Part shown: positions 25,358-38,629 of the stretch, piece by piece
Layout of the letters: every line of letters begins with the position of its first letter
Numbering within the stretch: the first letter of the stretch is position 1
Assembly (NCBI GenBank): GCA_905178155.1
Contig: CAJINV010000005.1
Location: 6,495,507 to 6,559,506 of the forward strand
DNA length: 64,000 bases
Reading direction: 5' to 3'
Source: Amoebophrya sp. A120
Taxonomy: Eukaryota > Protista > Dinoflagellata
Made by a program: the position numbers and the translations under genes
The notes under the pieces: generated by a model
Told to the model about the DNA's origin: nothing
Databases searched by the model: none
Seen by the model: only the letters and a program-made list of their open reading frames with translations

Positions 25358-28300
25358 ATGGCTGGCGGTTCCTGGCTGGACGGGTATATCAAGCCAGAAG
25401 ACAGCAAAAAGAAAAGCTCAGCAGCAGATCATGCTGATAGCACCAGCAGGACCGATGGTCACCAGCAGCATCAATGGGGTGCAGCATCTGCTGCGACGAG
25501 CAGCTCCACTACACAACAAGGGCCTGCCGGCGCGGGCCATGGTTCCTGCGGCCCAGATGAATCCTGGTATGCGGATAATTGGGCACCGTGGGTGTCCGGA
25601 GGTGCAGGGGGAGTGCAACAGCAGTTGCACCAAGATCATCAACACACTGCGGTAATTGCGGCGCAACATCACCAACAGGGTAATGATATGGCACACCAGC
25701 AAAATAAGTCCATCAGCACCGACGCCAACCAAAACAGCCCGGCTGTAGGGAAAACAGCTGCATCCGGTGGCAGCTCCAGCAGCAGCGGCGGTGCGACATC
25801 TAGCGGAGTACTAACAGCAGGAGGAAATAGTAACGCAGCGGCCCCCGGGGCCAGTAGCTATTACTCAGCTTTCAATTCCGCGGCGGGTGCTTCTGGGAGC
25901 GGCACTAATTCGAGTGGCAAGGCACAGAGTGGAGGTACTAGTTCCAGTGGAGCAGCTGGTGGAGGAAAAACTGCGCAGAGTTCGCCTTCACTGGCTAGTG
26001 CGCAGCAGCAGCAGCAGCAAATGCCGCCGCCTCCCCACCCGAATGCCATGCCGCCGTACCACGACCCCTACGGAGGTTCCTACGGACCTACGCAGCAACA
26101 TCCAAACGCACCTCCGAAGCCGCACCCCGGAGGACACCAATATTATGGCATGCCGCCGCCGATCATGCCGCCACCGGGAGTCGCCTACCATCCCGGTTTA
26201 CAGCAACACCCGCCGCCACACCCCTACTACGACCCGCACGCGGCGCAAATGTGGAATTATGGTCAAGCGGTCCAGCCTGGAATGCAGCCAGGCAACTATC
26301 ACGATCCTTACGGGGCTTCGATGCAGCATCACGGGACGATGATGCAACCGAATCCGTATGGGATGGCTCCTCCGCACGGCGCACCATACCCCGGGCACCA
26401 AGGTGGGTCCATACCACCTCCCATGCAGGCTCCGTACCAGCACACAAACCTTGCTGCTATGGTGGATCCTTACTACTATGGGAATCCGAATGAGATTCCG
26501 ATCGGGCAGCAGCAGCCGGGGACGGCAAGCACGGTGACTGGAACTACGGGACAACATCAAGGGAATCAGCCCGGAGGAGGTCAACATCAACAACAAACGC
26601 CACAGCAATCTCCGAGGGACCAAGTCGCCACAGAGTCTACAAACAGGGAGGGTAAGAAGCAAGCGAAAGAGAAACGGAACAAGCAGAGTAAACAGCGGTC
26701 AGGCAGTTCTTCTTCCTCCGCGGTGACCACAGGTGGATCTTCTGCGCAACGTTTCCCAGTACCGCATAGCCCTTCTGTCACTTTCGCCGCGAACGCACTA
26801 ACTGCTGAAGCAAAGGACCAGATCGCGATCGCCGTGGGCGGGGAGCACAAAGCGGAACTGGCCAGTAGCGCGAACAAAAGCAGCGCTACTTCGAGCAGCA
26901 GCAGCAGCTTCTCGAACAACGACCCGAACTCATCCCGGTCCAATAGCAAGAGCAACGTGGTCAGAGGGCCTTTGTCTAATCGGGAGCTGCCCGAGGCTAG
27001 CGAAGAGGGTGGAATGGTGTTGCCAGGACGGTCGGTTGCTTCGTCTGCGATGCCGTCTCCGCAGGGCAGCGGTAGGAACGACCAAGCTCATCATCATCAC
27101 CACCAACCAGGAGGGGCACATGCGAGCGCAGGCGTCGAGAATCCGGGTGGGGGTTGTACGGGTACATCACAAATCTCCGAATCTTGGATGAAGACCATGC
27201 GTGCGAAATTGGAGGAAAAGCGCGGGAAGCTGAACGAAACAAGAAACACAAATGCTCATCGGAGTGCGAGTCACAGCAGTAACCCGACTACCGGCGGAGG
27301 AGTAACTGGCCCTCCGGCCGTGATCTTGCAAGAGAATCCGCACAACCGGAACAATGCGCAGTTTCATCATCTTGCGGGTTCTGGTACAACGGGTCAAGAT
27401 CCGCAACTGCACGAGTTGGAGGGGAAGCATCACGGGTCCAACCGGTCCTCTGGTTCCCGTTCGAGTTCTTCTTCCTCCAACAGTAGCAACGAATCTTCTT
27501 CCAACGAGAATTCGAACAGTTCCCACTCCGGCGAGAGCAGAAGCAAGCGGGATGTGGATCTCCGAGTGCATCAGCAGGGGATGAACCATCAGCAATACAA
27601 CACTGCGCATCAATCGTATAATAATCCGATGCACCACCACCAGCAGCATCTTTTATCCAACTACCCAAACCAATTACCCGGGTACAATGTCCCCCCTCCG
27701 GAGCCCGCTTCCTCCGCGGATTCCACCCCGCGAGAATTATCGCAGCGCGATCTGCAACTCACACCAAGATCAGCGAATGGCGGGAAGCGGCCGGTTCCGG
27801 TGCTGCAGATCGGGGGTAGTGGGAATGGAGGACCGGAAAATGCGGTCTTAGCGACGAGTTCGAAATCGAGTAGTAGTAGCATGAACAACAACTACTTCTC
27901 TTCCAAAAACAACCCGAACGCGGATGGAGTATCGAATATCTCCAACCCACCACCCGGGCAGAAAAAGCGCGCGGTTTCGATTCCGGAGGCGGACCCGCCT
28001 TTGGAGTTGTTGCAAATGAATTCAGGTGGCGGTGGGAGTGGATCGGGGAACAATAGTAGCAGCAGTGCAGCAGGAGGGGCGCCCGGTGGAAACACAAGCT
28101 CCTCTTCCTCCTCCTCCGCGAATCAAGCCGGGGAGACCGTTGCTACGACCGCTGCTCCACCACCCGGATTGCAGAGCGCGAACTCCAAGCCCGCGAAGAA
28201 GAAACCGCAGATCACATTGAAAAATCAAGCACCGCCAGGGAGTAGTAGTAGCGCCAGTACGAACAAGTTACAAATCGGGCAATCGTCTGTCGTTTCAGGT

Positions 28301-31300
28301 GGGTTGGCTGCTAGTTTGAACAATGGCGGGAAGAATTTGACCTTGAACAACGCAAACACAGTACCTGCGAACAGCAGCACGACGTCAAATGCGACTCTGT
28401 TGAAGCAAAAACTCACCGCCGCGACGAATCTTCAGAGTAAGGGCTTGATGTCAACGAATCCGAACAACAAAATCATGCAGAGTACGACAAATCTCGACAT
28501 CAACTTGAATCCACAAAGAACCACGCCAATCGGTGGGGGGATTATTGCTTCGCAAGGCTCTGGTGGTGTGACTAATCTTTCCCTGATGGCGAAGTTAGAG
28601 AAACAGCAGCAGTCGCAACAACAGCAGCAGTCGCAGCAGCTCTTGTACAACCAGCCGGATAGGATTATTCAGACAACCGCGAACGTGCCAGCCGTGCACA
28701 AAACCACGAAACCGTTGATGGAGAAAGTGGAAAAGTTCGATGCGAAATCGAAGTCAGAATCCAAGGCGATGGCGGCGGCAAAAGCCCAACAGGCGTTGCA
28801 GAATCAAAATCGAGAGATGACGACCGCGGAAAAGAAGCGCGAATTGCTGGAAAAATTGCGCGCGGCGAAAATGGCTGCGGGGGGCGGCGGAAATTCTTCT
28901 GCGGGGCCGCAGTCTAGCTTCGACAGTGCGAAAGGAGTGGATGGGGCAACTACAAGCAGCGCAATTACAACAAAGCCATCGACAGGTCTCGGACAGCAGC
29001 AGCTTCCTCAGATCATCGCTAGTACAACTGGGGGTGCAGCTGCTCTTGACGGGAGCGGCACGACGACCAAAATTATCAGCACCTCCAACACGCTGGTGAA
29101 CACAACGACCGCGAATCCCAAAACCCCAACGTCTGCTGCGCAACACGCTACTTCCGGAGACAATTTTACCTGGAACAGCAATCGGAACAAGCGGGATGCT
29201 GGCAACAAGTGGCACGTGAGCGGACACCAACAACCTGGCGTTGTGCACACAGGAGCTACTACTGCTGCTAATCCCATTGCCGCCACCACCACCTCCAAGC
29301 CAATCAAAATTCCAAACGACAAGGAACTGAAAGTCACGTTAGCGGATATGCAAAACCTTATCGCGCGGATCCTCTGCCCGGACTTACTTGGTCGGTTCAC
29401 CGAGCATTCTGATATTCAGTTTATGGAAATTCCGAACGTCCAGCGGATCCCGAGGGTGACGATTTGCTTGTTACCGAATTTAGGCGTGCATAACGTGCAA
29501 AGGAAAGTTTCGGATGAGAAGGTGAAGCCGGAGCAGGAATTGCTGCAAAAAATCGCCACGGTCGCCGGCAACAGCTCCGTCGCACAGAACTATTTCATGC
29601 CGTATCTTTCCGGTTTACTCCGCCGCCCCTGGAAGTGCCACATAGGGCTGAAAAGAGGGTTTTTTCCGGAGCGACATGATTTACTGCAAAACATGATGCT
29701 GGGGAAATTTAAGGTCGTGAAAGAGAACAAATTACGAATGGCGCAGTTGAACTACATTTCGCCGATCGCAAATACGGACGAGGAAATGTTTACGCAGCCA
29801 GTGCGGAGGGAGAAGTATATAGGGTTTCATTTGTTGCTTGTCTTCGCGCATGACAGTTTTTCAGTTGCACATGCAGTGGAATTTTGCATTCACCAGAGGG
29901 CAATATCATGTTCGCAAAAAACCTATCAGGGGCGCCACCAACAACGTCTACTACCCGTCAAACTATTTCCTCGCCACCCGGGACGAGCTTTCCATGGCCG
30001 GGTACCCCGTGCTCTGCCAACTGAACGTGTTCGGGTTGGAAAACCACTTGGAGCCCGGCTGGGTTTGCGCGAAGAAACAGGTATCAACTGTAAAAATGTC
30101 TGGGTCTGGAACAAAGCAACTTGTCATGCTAGAATCATGTAAAATCTGTGTTGCGTGATTGCCAAAAGCTGTCCACTTTTGATCTAATCGAGAGGTAGTT
30201 TCTCATGCAGGATAGGCATGATAGAACTCTCACAGAATCTGTCATGCTATGTCCTTCATACCGGACTTCATGGGCCAGGGAAAACCTGCATGACAAGTCT
30301 GGCACTCTTCCAGACCCAGACATTTTTGCAGTTGATAACAGGATGCAGCGACCGATTTCACGCCGAACATGCTGGATTTGCTGATTATCGATTGTGAAAT
30401 GGTGAAGACGACGACGGAGGAGAATGCTTTAGCGAGAGTCTCCGCCGTCGATATGCACGGGCAGGTTTTGCTTGACTGTTACGTGAAGCCACCAGACCCG
30501 GTCACGGACTACAAAACGCAATATTCTGGGATCACGGTGTCCGATTTGATGGGAGTGACGAGGACGTTGGAAGAGGCGCAGAGATTGTATACTTGCTTTT
30601 AGTACTTGCGGTCGAGAATGTACTCTGGATTTCAGGGTTTTAGGATTTAGGGTAGTTTCTCTTCATGTATAGTTTGGTCTTGAAAAATCGCCTGGCATTG
30701 TTGCTTTTTTTTTCTCGCGAAGCTTCCTTTCTCATGCGGGAGCGCCGGGATAAGTAATATGTCGATAAAAGCTGCTCCTTCTGTCATGCAATATTGCCAA
30801 TCATGAAACTTTATCAAAGGCTTCTCCGTTTCCTCAACCCGCGAACGGTTTTGTGCGGTCACAGTCTGGAGAACGACCTGAATGCGATGCGGCTGATTCA
30901 TCCCTTCGTCATTGACACGGCCATTTTGTTTCCGCACCCGGAGTATGAATGGAAAATATGTCTGGGTCTGGAAGGTGGTAACTTGTCATGGTAAATCTGA
31001 AAGATACAAAAATCTGTGTTGCATGAGTGCCAAAAGCTGTCCACTTTCGACCAAGTTCGGAGGGAGTTTCTCATGCAGGATAAGCATGGCAGAGACCTCG
31101 CAGAGCCCGTCATGCTAGGTCCCGCATTCCAGACCCCATGGGTCATGGAAAACCTGCATGACAAGTTAACACTCTTCCAGACCCAGACATTTTTGCACTT
31201 GATACGGAACGGCTCCCGATGAAAATCGGGCTGTCGAAATTAGCGGAGCGGCACTTGAAGGTATTGAAGAATTTTGTTATTGCGCTATCTGGCATGACAG

Positions 31301-34300
31301 ATTGACAAACACAAAACCTCCGTGGTGCCTTCGCGCGTCTGTTTTGTTTAGCCTGACAAGATGTCTGAAATACAAATTATATCAGCGCCGCATGGACCGA
31401 GATAAGGGCCACTCAAGTATCGAAGACGCGCTCTGCACCCTGCAGTTGATTCTGACGAAAATTCGCAATGGACTGCAGTACAACACAGAACATGGCGTGG
31501 AGCAGTTGAGGACACTGGGCGCTTTGCCAGGTATAAAATTGACAACATGATGCGACAACTCATGACAACATGCGATTTCTCACGCATGAGAAAACCAGCA
31601 ATGCACTCGTTTTATTCACGCTTTTCGTGCCACATGACGATCTTATCGTGCGCTGCAATTAAGTATTCATCTTGCAAACTAAATGAACTCTTCAGGTATC
31701 ACCACCGAAATCTACTCTGAGCAGGAGGCTCTACCGGTCAAAGCAGAGTGGAGCGGGAATTTTGGTGAGCAAATGCTGCTGAACGTGGACAATATCGTTA
31801 TGCAAGACTGGCGTGAGAAAAACCCGGTAGTTGAAGCTGATCCATATGATGTAGTATCGGAAGAGGAAGAAGACCACGCTTCTACTGTGGTTCTTCACGA
31901 CTCCAGTGGTGATGTCGTCGTGTCAGGAACTACACCAGCTGACAATACTACAAACCACTGCATCGAGGACTTGAACGAATTGGAGAACGAGGAGCAATTA
32001 CTGCAAGCGATTGACAATGGAGATTTGGAGATGGTGGAGATCGATGCGACCGACTCAGAGGTGGATGATATGCAAAAAATAAAGTGTTACATTTATTGCA
32101 CATTGTGTTCTTGCAAAGCATGCAAGACAAACAACCTCTGTCATGATGCGCAAGATGCTAGAGAGCCTTGTTTCATGTGTGTTTTGCCTTATGATCTATG
32201 CATTGCAAGTTTCCTCTGTCATGCGCGGCAAGTTTGTGACGCTGAATTCACTACAAATGCGTAAAAATTGTAGCACTTTTTTCTTGCGGATAGGCGACGT
32301 CGACTTCGCTGAAAGTGTCGAAATACCGCAGCCAGAAAACGAACCAGGGTACACGGAGGAGGAGAAGCTTCTGTACCGAAAAATCTGCAAATTGGAGGAG
32401 ATGATCGAAACAGCCGAAGGGGAGGAGGGCAGCGACGAGGATGATGAGAGTTCTGATAGAAGCGACAATGAATACGATTCCGATTATCACGCTGCAGAGG
32501 ATAACAAGAACCCTGAATGTAGTACCGCCGGTGTTCCCGCCGTCGAAGAGGACTCCGGTTCGGAGGAAATTATCGAAATCGAGGTTTCCGAAGACGATCC
32601 GAGGTTACCGGAGAACCAACCTCCGGTGCAACAACAGCAAAAGGAAAAGCAGCAGAAAAATGTTCATCGTAGAAAAAAGCAGGCTAAAAAGAACCCGAAA
32701 TCTTCTTCCGCTAGTGAGGTGATTGATTCGGAGATGTACCGGTCTGAATCCTATCAAATGTAAAAATGTCTGGGTCTGGAAACTTGTGATGCTGGGTGGC
32801 GTCTCATGATGACGCTACAAATGCTGGCTCAGCATGACAAATTTGTGAGCTCCTAGGTGTTGCCTATTCTGCATTTCAAACTGTGCTTCTGCATCACAGA
32901 AAAACGGAGCTCTTGGGTAACGTGCATGACAGATTTAAGAGTCATGCCAGACAAGCATGACAAACATGAATTCTTCCAGACCCAGACATTTTTACTGTTG
33001 ATAAATCCGAGCCGGAGGATCACGAGGAGGTGCAGGCGAAAAGACGGCGGATTGACCAGGCGATGAAGGATTACAAGGAAATAACCGAGAATAACCAAGC
33101 GGTGGAAGAGATTCCTCTGATCAACGATTTGATGTCCAACAGTGCAGAAGAGGAATACGATGCTCCAGAGTTGAAGATTTTGTCGGAACAAAATGCAGCT
33201 GCGGCCTCTTCCGACCACCACGACGAGCAAAATGCAGCAGTCGTTTTGTTGGAAGACGACATCGAGCTGCGGCCCTACAATTCGGATGACGAACCTGCCT
33301 CGGTCCGGAAAGCCCGGGCGGAGAAGAAGAGGCGGTTGAGGGAAGAAGCAAGGAAAAAGAACGCTGCTCCGGCCAATGTTGGTATTGCGGCGCAGGAACA
33401 AACTGCGGCTGCCTCCTCTGCGAAAGGAGCGGCAGAGCAAGCACCTCCGAGAAATAAACCTGCACTGCAATCAGAAAAGAGGGGAAGCAACAAGCGCAGG
33501 TCTTCTTCGTCAGGAGGTGGTGGGAAGGTCACAACGGATCAGATTCCTGTCGTGCCAGTACCGCCTCCTACTGCTGCAGCTCCAGAACTACAACCTGATG
33601 TTGCTTCTTCTGCGAAAGAACAGCAAGAGATGAACCTCGACGTCAATGCACTGCCCGAAGAAGAAGAAGAGGAAGAGCACACCCTGATCCAGCAACTGAG
33701 ATCCGACGGCTATGATATTGACGAGATCCTTTCCCCCGAAGCCGTGACCGAACTCCGGGAAAAGCTGAAATTTATGCCGCCTGATTCCGAGGACGCGTTG
33801 CAAATTTTGGAGAAAACCGTTGCCGAAGCCGAAAAAATCGCGAAAAAACGGCAGGCGGAGAAACTGAAAAGGAAAGAACAGCGGAAGGTGGTAGAGCAGC
33901 AGATAAAAGTGCAAGCTGAATCGGCTCTTGGTGGTGATTTTAGCATTGCTGATTCTGATGTTATTCCGCAAATCAATGTGATCCCTCCACCAGCAGACAC
34001 GAGCCTGCTGGTGCCCGAGTCGAGTTTAAACGCGAGTGAAGACGATATCGAGGAAGATGTTCATCTTCTCGAGGGTTTTGACGAGGAAGAGCCGAAAGCT
34101 CCGTCTATCTCCTCCGTCGGCGATATCGATGAAGACGATGAAGTAGATGCTGAATCCGGAATCTCGCCCAGAACGGCTACGGGGACGAGAAGAAGAGGCC
34201 GCACGACTGGAGGCGGTCAAACTCAAAACATTGTCTCCGAAGTCGAGTCCATCCAGCTCTCCCCGCGCGACATGGGGATCATGACGGATTTGGAGTCACA

Positions 34301-36924
34301 GCAGGGAGTCAACACAGGTCTTTTGTCGGAGCCGGAACCGCTCGTGTTACCCATTCCCGGCATCGCTTCCGATCCAAACTACGACAGCCAAGCGTTGCTC
34401 CAGAAGTCACAGGAACAGGCGAAGATGCTATCAAATGCAAATATGTCTGGGTCTGGAGAAGCCCAAGTTTGTCATGCACATTTTGCATGATGCGTGATAT
34501 CTGTTATGTATGCTCTAGCATCACAGATTCTATTCGGAGGTCTTCTTAATGCGTATCCCACATGAGTGATTCCCCCTCCGCGTAGCAAAAACTGAATTCC
34601 TGATCCTGATCATGCAATAAAAATTTGTTATAGAATCCAAAGGCAGCATCACAAGTTGCATCCTTCCAGACATCCAGGGATATTTGCAATGCATAGATGC
34701 TGGGGGATGCGGATCTGATTGAGCAAATCACGCCGAAGAACTTTGTTCAGCGCGTATCCTGAGTAAAAACGTACCCACACCAGAGTTGTCATGCAAATCT
34801 GCATGCTGAAAATGTTTCTCATGCGGAGCCCCATGAGAAGCATTTTCCAATCGTGTTTTGCAATTTGTCATGCTCCAATCAGCATGGTATGCTAGATCTG
34901 TGATGCTGCGGAGCTAGCTCAAACAGCACTACACTACGAATCCAAATTTGTCATGCAAAACAGCCAAAACTTGTGGATTTGTCTAGCCGATTTCCCAACT
35001 TGACTATTGTGTGGGTACGTTTTTACTCAGGATAGCGAGAGGAGCAGGTAGAGCAGCAGCACCAGGTCCTCGGGGAGAAGAGTGTTCTCGAGAAGATTAA
35101 AGCATCGGAGGACGTCGAAGTCTTATCGAACGACGATATTGACGACCAAGACGCGGTGATGTCGCAGAAAAATCCGGTTTTATCCGACGAAGACATGCTA
35201 CCGCCGATCACCCCCGCGGACGACGATGACGATGTTGTACCACTGCCGGCTGTTTCTGGTACTGCAGCAGCAGCAAAGCCAGGTGAGAAGACCGCGACAA
35301 GCACCGTGCCTGTGCAGGATCAACACGCGAAGGGTGGTACTTCTGTGCTTGCTGGGAAGCGGTCGTCTCCTGATCTTCGGGGAAAAATTGTCGCAGGAAA
35401 GGCAGAACAGACCTCGGACGCTGCTGCAAGTACTGCAGAGAATCCTATCGCCACAACGTCGTCGTCGAAAATAGTAAACAAGACCCGGTACAAAGTCCGC
35501 TACGTGAATTCCGAGGACGAAATCGACTTCCCACAGGCCGAAGACGAGGACAGCCGCCCGGTTCCCGAGAACTTTGGTGAAATGCTCGGGTTCCCTTTCG
35601 AGGGGGATAAAAAATCCACCTTCACCTACCCAGCAACTACTGACCAGCTTCTCGTAGAATTAGCGGGGAAAAAACAACTAGAGAAGGAGAAGCAGTTGAA
35701 AGAGCTCCCCCCCTCGCCGGCAAAACTACTGAAGCAGAACCAGCGCTCCTTACGGGTGTTCAACTTTACCGATATGGAAAAGTTCCACCCTTTGAACAAG
35801 GAAAACGCACAGGTAGCGCGGGCCGAGGAGAACCAGGCATTGCTGGATTTGGACAGAACATTGAAGAAATTAGTCCAATCGAAGGAAACCGCGGTGCCGA
35901 ATGAATTTTTCGTCTTCATTATCCTATGTAAAAACGTCCCCACCTCCTCATAGTCAAGATGGGGAATCGGCTAGACAAATTCACAAGTTTTGGCTGTTTT
36001 GCATGACAGATTTGGGCTTGTAGAGTCGTGCTGTTTGAGGTAGTGCAGCAGCATCACAGATCTAGCACATCATGCTGATTAGAGCATGACAAATCCCAAA
36101 GCGCGGCTAAGAAATGCTTCTCATGGGACTCCGCATGAGAAACATTTGCAGCATGCAGGTTTGCATTACAGCTATGGCGTGGGGACGTTTTGAAATACGA
36201 TATTCATCTCTTCCGGCAAAGCGTCCATCTACAACAAAACGGTCAAGTCTCTCGGGAAAAAACTGGCCGCGTTGAAAAGCAGCGATACAGCCACGATATG
36301 CATTGCAAATATGTCTGGGTCTGGAAGATTTGGAAAGTTTGTCATGCAAATTATACAGGGCTCCCGGTGCCTCTCATGCATGCTCTAGTGTCACAAGCTC
36401 TTCGGGTGGCAACAGTCTGAGTGTCTTTTGCCTCTCTTGCAATACAGATTTTCGTGTGATCGACACCTAGCATCACAAATCCCATTCTTTCCAGTCGCAG
36501 ACATACTTGCAGTTGATATGCGAATAGTAGTTCCAACGGTAAAAATCGTGCGGGTGGTCCTTTGGACGCACAGACGATAAAATTGATCGACACCATCACG
36601 AAAACGCGGAGCTATTGTGATAATTCTGGGTTCGTGGCGTTCCACTGGAAGACCGTCGATGAGGAGTTTTTGAAGACGCATTTGACAAACCGGCGGTTGT
36701 CTTTGTCCAGCTTGAACAAGCAGCCACAGGTTGGTGTCACCGGATCTGCAGGAATAAACGCCGCGGGTGGAGGTCATCTAGTTGCAGCGTCCGGAGGACA
36801 TCAAAATGCTGGGAACAACTCCTCCGGGTTGCAGCTCTTGAGCGGTTTGCAGTCCGCAGCGATGCTGGGGCAACATGGTGGGAATGTGGCGTTAAACAAC
36901 ACGGGGAACAGGACATTGCAATAG
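25358..36924 (+). CDS. REX1/REXO-like DEDDh 3'-5' RNA exonuclease with long low-complexity extensions, ~2958 aa
   Basis: Exons 25358..29814, 29897..30081, 30343..30586, 30820..30943, 31210..31260, 31386..31530, 31696..32068, 32298..32751, 33009..34428, 34701..34754, 35040..35919, 36208..36296, 36524..36924 (8877 nt). Motifs [44 protein letters not shown]. Eight introners and four GT-AG introns. Confidence 0.88.
30082..30337. mobile_element. Introner family A
   Basis: Family A TIR; TSD acagg/acagg (GT-AG readable). Confidence 0.93.
30944..31204. mobile_element. Introner family A
   Basis: Family A TIR; TSD cggag/cggaa. Confidence 0.92.
32069..32292. mobile_element. Introner, divergent group D
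   Basis: TATGCAAAAAATAAAGTGTTACA / TGTAGCACTTTT..GCGGATA; TSD gatga/ggcga; removal restores frame. Confidence 0.75.
32752..33003. mobile_element. Introner family A
   Basis: Family A TIR; TSD aatcc/aatcc. Confidence 0.93.
34429..34695. mobile_element. Introner family A
   Basis: Family A TIR; TSD gatgc/gatgc. Confidence 0.92.
34755..35034. mobile_element. Introner family C
   Basis: Perfect TIR TATCCTGAGTAAAAACGTACCCACAC; TSD gcgcg/gcgag. Confidence 0.93.
35920..36202. mobile_element. Introner family C (opposite orientation to 34755)
   Basis: Family C TIR; TSD ttcat/ttcat. Confidence 0.92.
36297..36518. mobile_element. Introner family A (shortened)
   Basis: Family A TIR; TSD cacga/tgcga. 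Confidence 0.85.
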
Positions 36925-38629
36925 GAATTAGAAACCGTTAGAATAAACAGGGCGGGGGGAACAAAGTCGTTGGTGTATGCGATTATTATCGCATATAAGT
37001 AGATTTTTTCAATGTTTTCGATAAGCGGCCTGACTATGTAGAGCACGACAGGCGCGACGTTACTTTCTTCTGCGAAAAAATCAAAGTCCTGACAAGTATG
37101 GCGACGAAATAAGATAACTATGCGACATCACAGGAACAGGTACAGTTTGCGTATAGTCTACAAGAAAACACTCATCAAAAACGTGGACGACAAAATATGT
37201 CGGCGATATTTATTGCATGGGATTCTACTGACAAGAGACAAGTATATGGCTATGTTGTATCGAGTTGTTGTATATGTTCAGCACCAGACAGTCTTTTTTT
37301 ACAAAATCTTCGAGCTAGGCTCCTTGCCCGACGTGAATCACAGTGGGCGACGAGAGCTTTTTTTTTCATCATGATGACAGACTTCGTTTTTTTGAGAAAT
37401 AGAAACGCAGTTCAGGCTAGTCTATTGTCGATAAATAAAAATACCACTATTGGCGAAGAACAGAAAATTGTAAAAAAACCAAAAAAATGATTTTTCACTT
37501 TTTTCCGCTTTTTTTACATAATGAACACAACATATCGCTAGTATCACGACAAACGACAACAAAAGCCCCTCTTAGCGACCTCTTTCAACAAGAACTTTTC
37601 CCCTACAAGCCTGAGCTGCGTGTCAAATGCATGATAAATGCCCAAGTGAATAATCGCCACATGAACAGCTTTCATGAAATTCAGGACTCTGATTTGATGC
37701 AAAAGCAACATCGTGTGGTGAGAATAAACACCAAAGAAAAGAAATGAAAAGAAAAAAAGAAAAATGAAACGCGACAGAAACGACCCTCGAGAGGCAAAGT
37801 GAGAGGGTGGCACTTAGTTTGATGCTTCGGTCGTGGGCTTTCAAAAGAACTGCGTAGTCTTTTGAAAGCCTTCTGGCTCGTCGTCAAACCTGTTACAACC
37901 CTTGCTTTGCCCCTCAAGGGTGGATCAGAAGCGACACTAGAGTGGAAAAAAACAGAAGAAAAGAAAAAGGCAGCGGCAAAACGACGAAAAAACTTTGCCC
38001 GTCAGAAGTAATACAAGCGACAACTGAACTATTGTGTCCGCGTGCCACGAAAAAAAGGCGTTGCGCTCTCTGCGATGCTGCTTCTTGCCTGAGTTAATTA
38101 TAGTGGCGCTTGCAGCTGCGGCAGTGTTCGCTGCCTGCGTGGAAATTTCTTCATGGTCCTTGTCGTGCCTCGCAACCTTTTTGTCGGCTCTTGAAGCAGT
38201 AGTTCTGGAACTCGTGCGTTCTTTTTGTCGTACGTTTTGTCTTTGTTGTCGTACGTTCGCTCGTTCTCATCGTCCAATGAATTTGCGAACAAGAAGTTCT
38301 CCACAATATCGCGAAATGTCAAATCGTACATCTTTTTCTTCTTGTAACCCAAGACGTCGTCGTCCTCTCGTGCAGCGTTGTGCTACCCTCCTCACTAAGT
38401 TCAACCTTCATCTAGTCGCTGACAAAGAATCTTCACAGCTGAGAAATAATCTTCGTTTTACTTATGTCTGTGAATTCTCTTCTTTCTCACTCAAGCAGTT
38501 GTGTACTTACACCTCGGCACGACGGCGCCCCATTTACCAATTTACATTTTTGAACTTGATTATCTAACTACCCATTGACACAGACAATAAGATCACAGTT
38601 CGCGGCATCAAACTAACTACACCTTCACT

